Of a stretch of DNA of 64,000 bases, positions 36,019-46,629 are shown one piece after another. Source of the stretch: an uncultured delta proteobacterium (lineage in GTDB: Bacteria; Myxococcota_A; Polyangia; Polyangiales; Houyiibacteriaceae). Below the pieces are notes generated by a model that had not been told where the DNA came from, made no database searches, and saw nothing but the letters and a program-made list of their open reading frames with translations. The stretch is from assembly GCA_963699755.1 (NCBI GenBank), contig CAVOVB010000001.1, positions 224,001 through 288,000 of the forward strand, given 5' to 3'. The translations under genes were made by a program, and so were the position numbers. Position 1 is the stretch's first letter. Each line of letters opens with the position of its first letter.

Positions 36019-36196
36019 GTTCGTCCGCTCCTCAGCCCTTGGTGAATGGGCCGTCGCCGAAGCTCGTCACGACCGTCATGAGGCCACCTATCCACGATTT
36101 CGTTCGACGGGCAAGGGAGCTGGGCTGGCTCGAAGCGGGTTGACGAACCGAGGGGTCTTGGTCACGCTAGGTCGGTCTTCTGGACGGGAGTTAGAT

Positions 36197-37537
36197 ATGA
36201 TCCGTAGCTTGGTTATCTTGAGTGCCTTGGCGCTCGTAGTGGCTTGTGGTGACGGCAACCCAGAAAGTCCCGAACGCGAGCCCCAGGAAGTCAAGGTCGA
36301 TTCGTTCAACGTGGCCTTGGCCGGTGCGTTCATCCCGTTCGAAGCAGAACGCCGGCAACCGCTCGCGGACGCGATTGCAGCCCACGACGCCGACATCCTC
36401 TGCCTCCAGGAGGTCTGGACTCAGGAGGACAAGGAGATGATCCGGGACGCCGCCGCCGAAGCCTTCCCGTACGTTGTGTTCTTCCCCGACAACCTCGACA
36501 CGGTGATCGACGACCCGACGGACCAGCAAGGAGAGATTCCGCCGACTCCGACCACGGTGCCCTGTCCGGACGAGGTCTTCGGGATGGATACGTCGACCAT
36601 GAAGGCGCTCATGGATGCTGCCATCGACTGCGTGAGCGCAAACTGCTCGACCGACCCGGGAAGCGAAGACGGCCGGACCACGAGCACTTCGTGCGCCACA
36701 AAATTCTGCACGCCCGTGATCACTCCGATCTTGTTCGGAACGGACCCTCAACACGGGCGCTGCTACGCTTGCATCGCCCCGCAGCTTCCGACGTCGACGT
36801 TCCGAGAGATCCGCGAGAGCTGCCCCACGGTGGTCAACCAGGAGCTCGCCTTCGGCGGACAGAACGGCGTCATGGTCCTCTCCCGTCATCCACTCAAGGA
36901 CAGCGAGGACTGGGTCCTGCCCGGCACCTGGAATCGCCGGACGATCCTCAAGACCACTGCCGAGCTGCCGAATGGGGCAGAGCTCGATACCTATTGCAAT
37001 CACCTCACGCCGATCTTCAACCCCGCGAGTGGGATCAACGTCTACCCATACACGGGGCAGTACGGTGTCGGGAGCACCCTACCCGTTGACTGGCCCGCTG
37101 GCTGGCAGGCCGAGCAAGAGCTCCAAGCCGAGAAGCTCATCAACTACGTCGCCTCGGAGAGTGGGGAACGCCCGGCGGTGATCCTCGGCGACTTCAACTC
37201 GGGTATCGCGTTCCCGGCGCAAGACATCGTGGCGGAGGGAGAGGAAACCTACCAGCTCCTCGAGGCGGCGTACACCCCTGCCTACACGGCAGAGTACCTA
37301 GGCGAACCTCTTTGCACCTTCTGCAGTACCAATCCGGTCACCAACCCTGACAATGACCCCAACGCGACGTCGGTTTGGATCGATCACATCTTCCTGCACA
37401 ACTTGCCACAGAGCGCTGTCCGCTCGACCGCACGCGTTTTCGACGACGACCTGGTGCCGGTCATCGTTGATGAAGTCGAAGTCGTCGTACCCTTGTCTGA
37501 CCATTTCGGCATGCGCTCTGTGATCGTCGTGCCCTAG
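36197..37537 (+). CDS. Endonuclease/exonuclease/phosphatase (EEP) family lipoprotein
   Basis: Lipobox LVVAC; SFNV, DILCLQEV, NHL, ILGDFN, IDHIF, SDH; Cys-rich insert. Start moved to ATG 36197. Confidence 0.85.
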   Translation: MIRSLVILSALALVVACGDGNPESPEREPQEVKVDSFNVALAGAFIPFEAERRQPLADAIAAHDADILCLQEVWTQEDKEMIRDAAAEAFPYVVFFPDNLDTVIDDPTDQQGEIPPTPTTVPCPDEVFGMDTSTMKALMDAAIDCVSANCSTDPGSEDGRTTSTSCATKFCTPVITPILFGTDPQHGRCYACIAPQLPTSTFREIRESCPTVVNQELAFGGQNGVMVLSRHPLKDSEDWVLPGTWNRRTILKTTAELPNGAELDTYCNHLTPIFNPASGINVYPYTGQYGVGSTLPVDWPAGWQAEQELQAEKLINYVASESGERPAVILGDFNSGIAFPAQDIVAEGEETYQLLEAAYTPAYTAEYLGEPLCTFCSTNPVTNPDNDPNATSVWIDHIFLHNLPQSAVRSTARVFDDDLVPVIVDEVEVVVPLSDHFGMRSVIVVP

Positions 37538-37625
37538 CGCCCCAGGTGAAGATGCGAAGCGCGAAGGCGTTCATCAGAGTTGACGCTGTCCCGGACAAGA
37601 CCCCGACGGCAAGGCCGCTGCGGCG

Positions 37626-39050
37626 CTAGAATGGATAGGCCTGCAAGGTGTCGAGGGCCATCGTCATGAGCATTTGCACGGCTTCGGGGGTGTCGATGGG
37701 GATGCCTGCCGCGCCGCCCCCGTAGATCGCGGAGCTCTGGGGCTTGGCGTCACGGTTCTGGTGCGCGTAGTCGACGGCTTCCGGGAGCTCCGTGGCAAAG
37801 GCCTCGGCAACGCCAGGTTGGGTCTGGGGCCTGGTCACGCACATATGAATGGCGGACGGGTGCTGTTGCCCGTTGAAGCGCCAGCCGCGCGTCTTCATGA
37901 AGTCGTTGACGTGATAGATGTCGAACTCGTCCGAGCGGAACGCGAAGCAAAAGGTGGGTGACCCCATGAGCGAAAGCTCGGACAGGCTCTTGACCGCATC
38001 CTGCATCTTGAACGAGGTTTCGAAGATCTGCTTCGCGTAGCGCAAGTACCCCTCTTTGCCGTACCGCACCATGGCGGCCCAGGTCGCCGCAATGAGGCCG
38101 CCGGAACGGCTGCCCGCTAGCCCATTGGATGCGTAGATGCCGCCCTTCCAGCTCGGCTCGATGTAGTACTGGTGCTTCCGGAAGGACGCGTCTCTGTAAA
38201 CGACGACCGAGGTGCCCTTGAGGCCATAGCCGAACTTGTGGGTGTCGGCGGAGATCGAGGTCACGCCCGGCAATCGGAAATCGAAGGCCGGGATCTCGTA
38301 ACCGAGCGCCTCGCCCCAGGGCAGGATGAAACCGCCGAGACAGCCGTCGACGTGGAGGCCGATGCCGTGCTGCACGGCCAAGTCCGAGAGCGCATCGATG
38401 GGATCGATGGTTCCGTACGGGTAGTTGCCCGCCGAGCCGACGAGGGCGATCGTCCGATCATCGATTCGGTCGCGGACGAAGTCGACGTCGACCAGCGTGC
38501 TCGCAGAGTCGGTCGGTGCGTGGACGGCCTCGAGCCCGAGAAGGTGCGCACCCTTGCGAAAAGCCGGGTGTGCGGTGTCCGGGAGGATGATCTTGGGGCG
38601 ATCGATGCCGCGCTCCTCGCGGGCCTTGTCCCGATAGATGAGCAAGGCGTTGATGATGCTCTCGGTGCCGCCGAAACCAACGGCGCCGCAAGCCTTGTGC
38701 GCAGGGTTTTGCTTGCTCACCTCGTCGCCGTGCATGAGGTCCAGGGTCATGGCGATGATGTCGGACTCGAATCGGGTCATGCTCGGACAAATGTCGCGCT
38801 GAAGCGAGTTCACGTATGAAAAGAGCGCGCAGACGGCGTTTAGGAAGTCGTAGTGCTCGTGGTCGCCGCTGTACATCGTGCCCGAGCAGCGGCCGTTCTC
38901 CCATGCCTCATCCTCTTTGCTGGCAATGGCTCGAAGCTCATCGAGAATGGCGTCGGTCGAGCGGCCCTTCGAGGGGAAACCGCGGATCACACCGTGACTC
39001 TCTGCGTACGGGTAGAGGCCTCGCATCAAGGATTCGATCGTCTCGCTCAT
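37626..39050 (-). CDS. PLP-dependent group II enzyme, sphingosine-1-phosphate lyase-like
   Basis: GRCSGTMY, GGTES, AHPAF, YPYGTIDPI, LHVDGCLGGF, FDFRLPGVTSISADTHKFGY, GSRSGG, AIYG. Confidence 0.85.
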   Translation of the reverse strand: MSETIESLMRGLYPYAESHGVIRGFPSKGRSTDAILDELRAIASKEDEAWENGRCSGTMYSGDHEHYDFLNAVCALFSYVNSLQRDICPSMTRFESDIIAMTLDLMHGDEVSKQNPAHKACGAVGFGGTESIINALLIYRDKAREERGIDRPKIILPDTAHPAFRKGAHLLGLEAVHAPTDSASTLVDVDFVRDRIDDRTIALVGSAGNYPYGTIDPIDALSDLAVQHGIGLHVDGCLGGFILPWGEALGYEIPAFDFRLPGVTSISADTHKFGYGLKGTSVVVYRDASFRKHQYYIEPSWKGGIYASNGLAGSRSGGLIAATWAAMVRYGKEGYLRYAKQIFETSFKMQDAVKSLSELSLMGSPTFCFAFRSDEFDIYHVNDFMKTRGWRFNGQQHPSAIHMCVTRPQTQPGVAEAFATELPEAVDYAHQNRDAKPQSSAIYGGGAAGIPIDTPEAVQMLMTMALDTLQAYPF

Positions 39051-40609
39051 CACTCACTCCCAACGTTCAAGGCGCGAAACAGAGAACGGTTCTTCCTAAA
39101 CGCGCGGACGAACTGTGCAAACATCTCATCGTAACGCGCCGCGACTTCTCGCCGCGGCTCATAGGTTGCTGCGATGGGGACACGCGCTTTCATTTCCTCC
39201 AAACTGAGCTCGCCGAGGCGATGGAACCCAAGCAGGGCGAGGCCTCGGCTGGCGGCGTACTCCGGGTCGACAAGCTGCTCTACCGGAAGCTGTAGGATAT
39301 CGGCGAAGATCTCTGCCCAGGCCGAGGAGAGTGCGCCTCCCCCATAGAACCGGATGCGCGAGATGTCTCGCTTGGCAAAGCGAGCGACCTTTGCTTGGAC
39401 CCACCGGAGGTTGAAGGCCACGCCCTCGAGCACGGCACGGCAGAGATGTTCGCGTGTCGTTTGGAGCGAAAGGTTTAGAAAACCGCCGCGGACCTTTCCG
39501 TCTTCGGACGGAGTCACCGACCCGGTGAGCCAGGGGAGGAAGAGGACACCGTCGCTTCCGGGTGCGATCGATTGGATGGCGCTCTCCAAGACGGAGAAGG
39601 GTTGTGGGCGGCGGTGATCCGCGAAGCCGTCATTTGCGAAGACGAGGCGTTCGAGAAAGTAGTCGAGGGCTCCGCCGCCGATTCCTGCCTCGGCCATGAC
39701 GAAGTATTGGTCGGAGATCGGGGAAGGCATGCTGACCAGGGAGTTGAGCACGTCCGTTTTTTTGAAGTCTACGTGGGTGACACAGACTCCCGTCGTGCCG
39801 ATCGAGATGCCGGCGTGGTCGCCAGCAAATGCCGCGGCGCCCACGCCGCCGGCCTGGGTGTCGTTGATCGCTGGAAAGACGAGTGCGTCTCCGGCGAGCC
39901 CGAGGCGTTCGGCGACCTCGGGGAGCACCGGCCCCAGGGGCTCGTCCAATGGAACGAGCGCGGGTAGCTTTTCCTCGTCGAGGCCGGACCATTTGAGCAA
40001 GGCCGGGTGGTAGACGGGGTCGGGGCGACGGTTGTCGGTGAGCAACATCAAAAAGCTGGAGCAGCGGTTGCTGACGTGGCGGCCGGAGAGCCGCATGGCG
40101 ACGTAGTCCATCGGTTCGAGGAAGGTCGCGGTGCGTTCATAGGCCTCGGGACGTGCGAGCTTGAGCCAGCGCATGTGGGCGAGTGAGTCTGCGCCGGAGT
40201 CGAGCGGCGGGATGCCGTGGATCTGCACCCAGCGCCCCATCTGAAACGGATTGGGTTTCATCCCCTTCCCGCCCGGGAGCTTCTTCAAGCGCGCTGGTGC
40301 GCCTCGCTGGTCCATCCAGACGACCATGTTGGCCGTTGGGCGCCCAGCGGGGTCCACCGGGATGATCGAGGAGTATTGGCTGGCGCAGGCAATGCCTCTG
40401 ACGTCGTGTCGGTTGGGCAGGGAAGCAAGCGCCTCATCGGCAGCCGACAAGACTGTTTGCCAAACGCGCTCGGCATCCTGCTCCGCGCCACCGTCCGGGG
40501 TGAAAATCGTCTCGATCGACCCACGGCCGGTGCCGAGAAGAGAACCGTCACGATCGACGACTGCGGCCTTGACGTTCGACGTACCAAGATCGATGGCGAG
40601 AATCGGCAA
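39050..40609 (-). CDS. FGGY-family carbohydrate kinase (xylulokinase-like)
   Basis: AIDLGTSNVKA, WMDQR, IGTT, FLPWLTG, RAVLEGVAF, GGGALS; TGATG coupling to the lyase gene. Confidence 0.88.
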   Translation of the reverse strand: MPILAIDLGTSNVKAAVVDRDGSLLGTGRGSIETIFTPDGGAEQDAERVWQTVLSAADEALASLPNRHDVRGIACASQYSSIIPVDPAGRPTANMVVWMDQRGAPARLKKLPGGKGMKPNPFQMGRWVQIHGIPPLDSGADSLAHMRWLKLARPEAYERTATFLEPMDYVAMRLSGRHVSNRCSSFLMLLTDNRRPDPVYHPALLKWSGLDEEKLPALVPLDEPLGPVLPEVAERLGLAGDALVFPAINDTQAGGVGAAAFAGDHAGISIGTTGVCVTHVDFKKTDVLNSLVSMPSPISDQYFVMAEAGIGGGALDYFLERLVFANDGFADHRRPQPFSVLESAIQSIAPGSDGVLFLPWLTGSVTPSEDGKVRGGFLNLSLQTTREHLCRAVLEGVAFNLRWVQAKVARFAKRDISRIRFYGGGALSSAWAEIFADILQLPVEQLVDPEYAASRGLALLGFHRLGELSLEEMKARVPIAATYEPRREVAARYDEMFAQFVRAFRKNRSLFRALNVGSE

Positions 40610-40621
40610 AGGACCTGCCGA

Positions 40622-41275
40622 CTATTGCTCGATGCAGTAGAGGCCCAGGAGAGTGGAGCATGCCGGAGTGATGTTCTCGGTCCATTTCGAGCTCGTCGTG
40701 TCGGTCGCTCCGCACAGGGCGACTCCGGTCGAGCCACTCGTGAAGGCGGCGCAATCGTCGTCAGGGTAGGAGCCACCCGTCGCCAAAGTTCCGGTCCAGA
40801 CCTCGCCCGGGCGAATGACACCGCTCGCGTCGAGATTGATCGGCGTGAGAATCGAGCCGTCGACGAGGTCGTCCCAGTCGTTGGCAACGATGGTTCCGTC
40901 TACGAGAACGTACGGACCGCTTGATTGGGTAACGCGTTGGAAGACCGGCGAAGCGATGGTCGACAGCCAGGCTTTGAACTCGCCTTCGAGACCTGCTGCC
41001 GACGCTTGCGCTGCGCAAATCTCATCGGCGCCGGCGATGCCACCGAGGTTCGCGGTCTGAGCGGTGGAAGTTCGAAAGATGCGCCTATCGGTTTGGCCAG
41101 AATCGCCGCCGGTGCCAGCGCTACCGCCGGTGCCAGCGCTACCGCCGGTGCCAGCGCTACCGCCGGTGTCAGCGCTACCGCCGGTGCCAGCGTCGGTGCC
41201 ACCGTCGGTCCCTGCACAGGCGAGCAAGCCCGTAAGGGCGATGGCGATCAGAGGGAGGTACAGGCTGGATCTCAT
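40622..41275 (-). CDS. Lipoprotein with DUF1554/endostatin-like domain
   Basis: Lipobox LLAC; TGGSAG linker; NLGGIAGADEIC..A..AGL..FKAWLS, VWTGT, LYCIEQ. Confidence 0.75.
   Translation of the reverse strand: MRSSLYLPLIAIALTGLLACAGTDGGTDAGTGGSADTGGSAGTGGSAGTGGSAGTGGDSGQTDRRIFRTSTAQTANLGGIAGADEICAAQASAAGLEGEFKAWLSTIASPVFQRVTQSSGPYVLVDGTIVANDWDDLVDGSILTPINLDASGVIRPGEVWTGTLATGGSYPDDDCAAFTSGSTGVALCGATDTTSSKWTENITPACSTLLGLYCIEQ
41106..41192. repeat. 18-bp tandem repeat (about 4.8 copies) encoding a TGGSAG linker
   Basis: CCGCCGGTGCCAGCGCTA repeated head-to-tail without spacers. Confidence 0.9.
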
Positions 41276-41315
41276 TCAGGTCCTTTGGCACGCCAGTCGG
41301 GTCGAAACAACTGCT

Positions 41316-41768
41316 CTAGGCCAGCGGGTCCACTCGCAGGCGCGTGAGCTTGAGCTTGCTGATACGCCAGTTGCCTCCCTCTTTGCGGTATTCCTCGTGA
41401 TAGTGGCCGTAGCCGCGAATGCCGCGTGAGGGTTTGAACTCGACGTAGTCCTCCATCGCCCAAATGCCTCGCGCCTCGGTCGGGCCGAGCAACTCGATTT
41501 CGGGCATGTGGCCGTGGTGCACGGTGATCGCTTTGCCCACCGCCCTCCGAACGAAGTCGACAACGTCTGCGCGGCCCCGAATGGTATCGCCGGGCGCGTG
41601 CTTGTCCTGTGACACGTCGACGACGATGTCGTCGGTGAATACCTGCGAGAAAGGCAGCCACTGCTTGGTGTCCATGAGTCGAAAGTAGCGTGCCTTGAGT
41701 TGCTTGATCGCTTCGATCTCCAGTAGCCTCTCGGAAGCGTTGAGCGCGGGGTCTACTGAGTCGGACAT
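41316..41768 (-). CDS. NTF2/SnoaL-like protein (BaiE-like)
   Basis: IEAIKQLKARYFRLMDTKQW, VHHGHMPEIE, ARGIWAMED, GYGHYHEEY. Confidence 0.85.
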   Translation of the reverse strand: MSDSVDPALNASERLLEIEAIKQLKARYFRLMDTKQWLPFSQVFTDDIVVDVSQDKHAPGDTIRGRADVVDFVRRAVGKAITVHHGHMPEIELLGPTEARGIWAMEDYVEFKPSRGIRGYGHYHEEYRKEGGNWRISKLKLTRLRVDPLA

Positions 41769-42023
41769 GGAAATATACTACAGCAGCGGGTCGAATTCGG
41801 GGATAGCGATGCTTCGTTCTGCAAGGGCCCTCCATTTCGCAACCTGTGGAGGCCGCCAGATGCGCTCCACTCGAGCCGTCGTATGTCCTTGGAGCGAAAC
41901 GCCGTAGATTCGGAACCGACTCAAGACGGGAACATACATGCAATCGGCAATCGAGAAGAATGACTGGTTCGAAGCTCAGCTACTTCGCGTGTTGAGAACA
42001 AAGGTCAAGAGGCGGTTTCGGGT

Positions 42024-42455
<432 letters not shown>

Positions 42456-42721
42456 GAGCGCAGAAACGCCCTCGCGTGGGGCTCGGTGCTGGGCTTTCCC
42501 GGGGGTGGCCTTCCACGGGATGATATCACAGAGCTCGCAGAGGAAAACGCGCCCACGGGGAGCAGCTGATGCTCAGTCCGAGCTGCGCCGGGGTCTTCTC
42601 CGCGAGCAACCCTGACCTGAAAACCGGCTGAATCGTATCTCGAAGTGCAGGATCGCACGTTGGCGCACTGTGCTCCTTCACTGTTGGAAATCAGAGAATT
42701 TGCGAGGGGGAGCGTCCCCCG

Positions 42722-44752
42722 TTAGTCGGCGCCGTGTTTGGCGATTAGGTCTTGGGCGATTCGCTCGGGGACGGTGTCGTAGTGGCTGAGCTCCATGGTG
42801 TAGCTCCCGCGGCCCTTGGTCATGCTCTTGAGGGCTGGCTCATAGTCCATCATGTCGGCCAATGGAACCGATGCCTTCACGACCGTCCTGCCGCTGCTCA
42901 TCACGTCGGTGCCAAAGATCTTGCCGCGACGGCTAGAGAGATCGCCGGTGATGGACCCGACACTGTCACCGGGCGTCGTCACTTCGATGTTGACGATCGG
43001 CTCGAGGAGCTGAGGCCTAGCTTTGAGAAAGGCCTCTTTGAAGGCGAACTTCCCCGCGGTCTTGAAGGCGATCTCCTTGCTGTCGACCGAGTGTGTCTTG
43101 CCGTCGAAGACGGTCACTCGCACATCTTCGATCGGATAGCCGGCGATGATGCCCTGCCGCATGATGTCACGCACGCCCTTCTCGATGGCCGGCATGAAAC
43201 CCTTCGGGATGACGCCGCCAACGATCTTGTCGACGAACTCGAAACCGCCGCCTCGTTCGAGCGGCTCCACGCGAAGGCTGACTTCCCCGAACTGGCCCGC
43301 ACCACCGCTTTGCTTCTTGTGCCGGTAGTGGCCCTCGGCCTCTCCGATAATCGTCTCGTGGTAGGCGATCTTGGGCAACTTGGTTTCGACCTCGACGCCC
43401 TGATTCCGGATGCGCTCAATCACCAGGTTCACGTGCATCTCGCCCAGGCCGTTGATGACGAGCTCACGCGTTTCGAGCTCGAAGTGAGCTTCGAATGTCG
43501 GGTCTTCCTCACGGATACGGGCAAGGACTTCGGCGATCTTGTCTTCGTCGCCATGCGTCTTGGGAACGACGGCCAGGGCATGGAGAGGGGTGGGATACGG
43601 CAGGGATTTGTGGTGCACGTAGTCGAGGGCGTGGTCGTCGTGGATGACGTCACCAAGGTGCAGCTCTTCCACCTTGGCGATCGCGCCCATGTCGCCCGCA
43701 ATGACCTCCGTCACTGCCGTGCGTTCCTTGCCTTGCATCTGAAAGAGGTGGCTCAGGCGCATGGGCTTCTTCCCGTCCCCGATGAAGAGCTGGTCACCGG
43801 CTCGAAGCGTGCCCTGGTAGACTCGAAAAAGGCAGAGCTTGCCAAGATAAGCATCTGTCGTGACATGGAACACGCGAGCCAAGGGGGTCTTGCTCGCGTC
43901 ATCTGCGTAGATGAACGGCGCTTCCTCTTCTCCTTCGCCGATGAAGAAGGGCCGGGGGTTGCCTTCGGGTGGGCTTGGGAAGTGCTTGACGATGACGTCG
44001 AGCAGCGCCTCCACCCCTGCGCCGCTCAGGGCGTCGGTGAAACACACGGGGACCACGTGCGACTGATCCATCGCGCGCTCGAAAGGTTCGTGAAGGGCTT
44101 CGTAGTTCGGCTCTTCGCCTTCGAGGTATCGCTCCATGAGTGCATCGTCGATCTCGACGACCTGATCGAGGAGCTCCGTGTGGAAGCCCGCAACCGGGCC
44201 AAGGTCGCTTTCTCCCTCTCCGTTCAGCAAACAATCGACGACGGTCGCACCATTGTCCGCAGGAAGGTTGATTGGAAGGCAGCCACGGCCAAAGACTTCC
44301 TTGAGCTCCGCAAGGAATGAGCCGAGCCCGCCGACGCCTGCCCCGATGTGGCTGATCACGATCGCTATCGGAAGATCGAGGCTGCGCGCAAGCCTCACCA
44401 GACGCCGACTCATGCTGTCGATCCCCGCCTCGGGATCCATGACGAGCACCATCGTCTCGGCGGCGGGAAGGCATGCGATCGCTTGTCCGATGAAATCTGG
44501 GGCCCCGGGAAGGTCGAGCACATTGATGCGCTTCCCTTGATGCGTCGCGTGCAAGAGGGAGGAGTAGACGGAGTAGTGATGCGCCTGTTCTTCTTTCTCG
44601 AAGTCGCTCACCGCGGTGCCGGCGTCGACGTTGCCTTGCCGGTTGATCTCGCCGGCTCGAAACAAGAGAGCCTCGGCTAGGCTGGTTTTCCCGCTCGAGC
44701 GCGGGCCCGCGAGGAGGATGTTGTGGATGTCGCTGGTTCCGAAGTCGGGCAT
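42722..44752 (-). CDS. Elongation factor G paralogue with degenerate GTPase motifs
   Basis: EF-G domains III-V: EEDPT, GLGEMH, KKQSGGAGQFG, DGKTHSVDS, LLEPI, GDLSSRRG. G-domain motifs altered. Start moved to ATG 44752. Confidence 0.88.
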   Translation of the reverse strand: MPDFGTSDIHNILLAGPRSSGKTSLAEALLFRAGEINRQGNVDAGTAVSDFEKEEQAHHYSVYSSLLHATHQGKRINVLDLPGAPDFIGQAIACLPAAETMVLVMDPEAGIDSMSRRLVRLARSLDLPIAIVISHIGAGVGGLGSFLAELKEVFGRGCLPINLPADNGATVVDCLLNGEGESDLGPVAGFHTELLDQVVEIDDALMERYLEGEEPNYEALHEPFERAMDQSHVVPVCFTDALSGAGVEALLDVIVKHFPSPPEGNPRPFFIGEGEEEAPFIYADDASKTPLARVFHVTTDAYLGKLCLFRVYQGTLRAGDQLFIGDGKKPMRLSHLFQMQGKERTAVTEVIAGDMGAIAKVEELHLGDVIHDDHALDYVHHKSLPYPTPLHALAVVPKTHGDEDKIAEVLARIREEDPTFEAHFELETRELVINGLGEMHVNLVIERIRNQGVEVETKLPKIAYHETIIGEAEGHYRHKKQSGGAGQFGEVSLRVEPLERGGGFEFVDKIVGGVIPKGFMPAIEKGVRDIMRQGIIAGYPIEDVRVTVFDGKTHSVDSKEIAFKTAGKFAFKEAFLKARPQLLEPIVNIEVTTPGDSVGSITGDLSSRRGKIFGTDVMSSGRTVVKASVPLADMMDYEPALKSMTKGRGSYTMELSHYDTVPERIAQDLIAKHGAD

Positions 44753-44866
44753 GGGCGAAGTTGAAGCAAATGTTGAGCAAGGCTGCAAGGCGGCCTGGAA
44801 GATCCCCCACAGGGCCAGAAACACTCGGCTTTTTGAGTGTGCTAGGCCAGCACCGGAACACCGGTC

Positions 44867-45412
44867 CTAGCGCCAGTAGTCGACGCGCCCGTGAAGGAAA
44901 CCGTTTTCGTCGGCCCAAACGGTGTGGCGTTCGTTGAGACGTTCCGCGGGCGATTCTGCGGTCCAGGCTCTCCACTTGACATACGCACACTCGCGCCGTT
45001 CCCGCACCGCTTCCAAGGTCTCCTCATCGTCGCCTCGCTGCGGGACCTCGCCTCCAGTGGGAGCGCCCTTGCATCGCACCTCACTACTTTGTGCGGCGGG
45101 AACGAGCCCCGGCTCCACGGGGAGGTCGCGGTCGTCTCGACTCCGGTATGGCCAAGTATTGAGCCATCGAACGGCTTCCACGACCGTGGCTGCGCGGGCG
45201 CGTTGTCCGTCGTGAGTGACCTCGTCGAGGGAATCCCAAAGAGACGCACTCGAGCAGCAAGGGGTGGCAATCGCGAGAAAACCCTCGCCGGCAGCGCTCC
45301 AGGATGGCGGCTCCTTCTCAGCGTGTTTGAACATTCTGATGCCGGCTATCAGAATGAGAATCGCTGCGACCAGAGCGAGGGCGACAGCAATGCGTTTGTT
45401 CGTTGTCTTCAT
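44867..45412 (-). CDS. Hypothetical protein with N-terminal TM/signal segment
   Basis: Basic-then-hydrophobic N-terminus; fills the gap in a co-directional gene run. Confidence 0.5.
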   Translation of the reverse strand: MKTTNKRIAVALALVAAILILIAGIRMFKHAEKEPPSWSAAGEGFLAIATPCCSSASLWDSLDEVTHDGQRARAATVVEAVRWLNTWPYRSRDDRDLPVEPGLVPAAQSSEVRCKGAPTGGEVPQRGDDEETLEAVRERRECAYVKWRAWTAESPAERLNERHTVWADENGFLHGRVDYWR

Positions 45413-45495
45413 CAGTCTACAGTACTAGCTCAGCGGGGAAACAGGACAAAGCGACAAGTCGTCGAGCGCAGGGCTGGCCACCACCCGTTTGCAGA

Positions 45496-46281
45496 TCATG
45501 CAGAGCTTGTATGATGAGCTCGCGGCGCTGTGGGCGATCGAGTGAAATCAAACAGGAACTCTGGCACCCCGATGCATCGAAGCGGGCGCGCGAGATCCTC
45601 GGGGACGGCGCTCTCAAAACAGACGCGTTCCCCAGTCGTCGGATGCGGAAACGATAGTCGTTGCGCGTGGAGGGCGAGTCGGTAGAGGCCGAGCTCGGCG
45701 CGATAGCGGCGGTTGTCGGCGCCGTTTCCGTAGTTGACGTCACCGGCTAGGGGATGATCGATGCGTCTGAGGTGGCGGCGGATCTGATGCCGACGCCCAG
45801 TTCGCGGTCGAGCTTCGACCAGTGAGAGACGCCGGTCGGCGACGAAGAGCGTTTCGTATTCGGTCACCGACTCAACGTCAGGCCCCCCTTCCCGTTTGGC
45901 CATCGGGCTGTCGATCACGCCGCGTGCCGGGGGCGTACCTCGCACGAGCGCCAGGTATGTCTTGCCGACGTCTCGGGCGCTGAACGATGCCTGGAGAGTC
46001 CGGGCGTGCTCTGGCGAGAGAGCGAACACGAGGACGCCACTGGTCGCACGATCGAGGCGATGCACCGGGTACACCCACTGGCCGATCGCCTTCCGTGTGA
46101 GGTTGAGGGCAAACGTCGAGCTCTGGTCATCGCCGCGATGAACCGATAGGCCCGAGGGCTTGTCGACGACGACGATCGCGTCATCGTGATAGAGCACGTC
46201 GACAGAGGTTGGGACCGGCGGCGTGCGGTGCGCCCTCGGGTCGATGATGGCTTGCGAGCTCCCTTTGCAATCACTGTTCAT
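45496..46281 (-). CDS. RluA/TruC-family pseudouridine synthase
   Basis: VDKPSGL.VH, VHRLDRATSGV, KTYLALVRG, TGRRHQIRRH, LALHA. Start uncertain. Confidence 0.9.
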   Translation of the reverse strand: MNSDCKGSSQAIIDPRAHRTPPVPTSVDVLYHDDAIVVVDKPSGLSVHRGDDQSSTFALNLTRKAIGQWVYPVHRLDRATSGVLVFALSPEHARTLQASFSARDVGKTYLALVRGTPPARGVIDSPMAKREGGPDVESVTEYETLFVADRRLSLVEARPRTGRRHQIRRHLRRIDHPLAGDVNYGNGADNRRYRAELGLYRLALHAQRLSFPHPTTGERVCFESAVPEDLARPLRCIGVPEFLFDFTRSPTAPRAHHTSSA

Positions 46282-46293
46282 CGTGCCGTCCCA

Positions 46294-46629
46294 TCAATGA
46301 GCGACCGAGCTCGAGTACAGGTGAATGATCGCGACGCCGGCGATGATCAGCGCCATGCCGATGATGGTTGGTAGATCGGGGACTTGCCGGTACACGACTG
46401 CGCCAGCCAGGGCGACGAGCACCACGCCAACTCCCGCCCATACCGCGTACGCGATACCGACCGGAATGTGTTCGACCACGAGCGAGAGCATGTAGAAGGC
46501 AAGCGCGTAGCCGCCGATGACCAGGACGCTTGGAATCAGCTGGGAAAATCCCGCCGATGCCTTGAGGGCACTGGTGGCCACGACTTCGGCAACAATCGCG
46601 ATACCAAGATAGGCGTAGGCGAGTTTCAT
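46294..46629 (-). CDS. SMR family small multidrug efflux protein (EmrE/Qac-like)
   Basis: AIVAEVVAT (membrane Glu), IPVGIAYAVWAG; 4 TM helices; strong RBS AGGAGG. Confidence 0.92.
   Translation of the reverse strand: MKLAYAYLGIAIVAEVVATSALKASAGFSQLIPSVLVIGGYALAFYMLSLVVEHIPVGIAYAVWAGVGVVLVALAGAVVYRQVPDLPTIIGMALIIAGVAIIHLYSSSVAH

Noticed and set aside
41106..41192. 18-bp repeat array as a possible CRISPR
   Set aside because: No spacers, in-frame Gly/Ser/Thr linker, no cas genes. The same applies to the repeats at 10479-11189 and 24030-25078.
42706..42720. GGGGGA-GCG-TCCCCC hairpin after the EF-G paralogue as a terminator
   Set aside because: Short stem and no U-tract, so not called.
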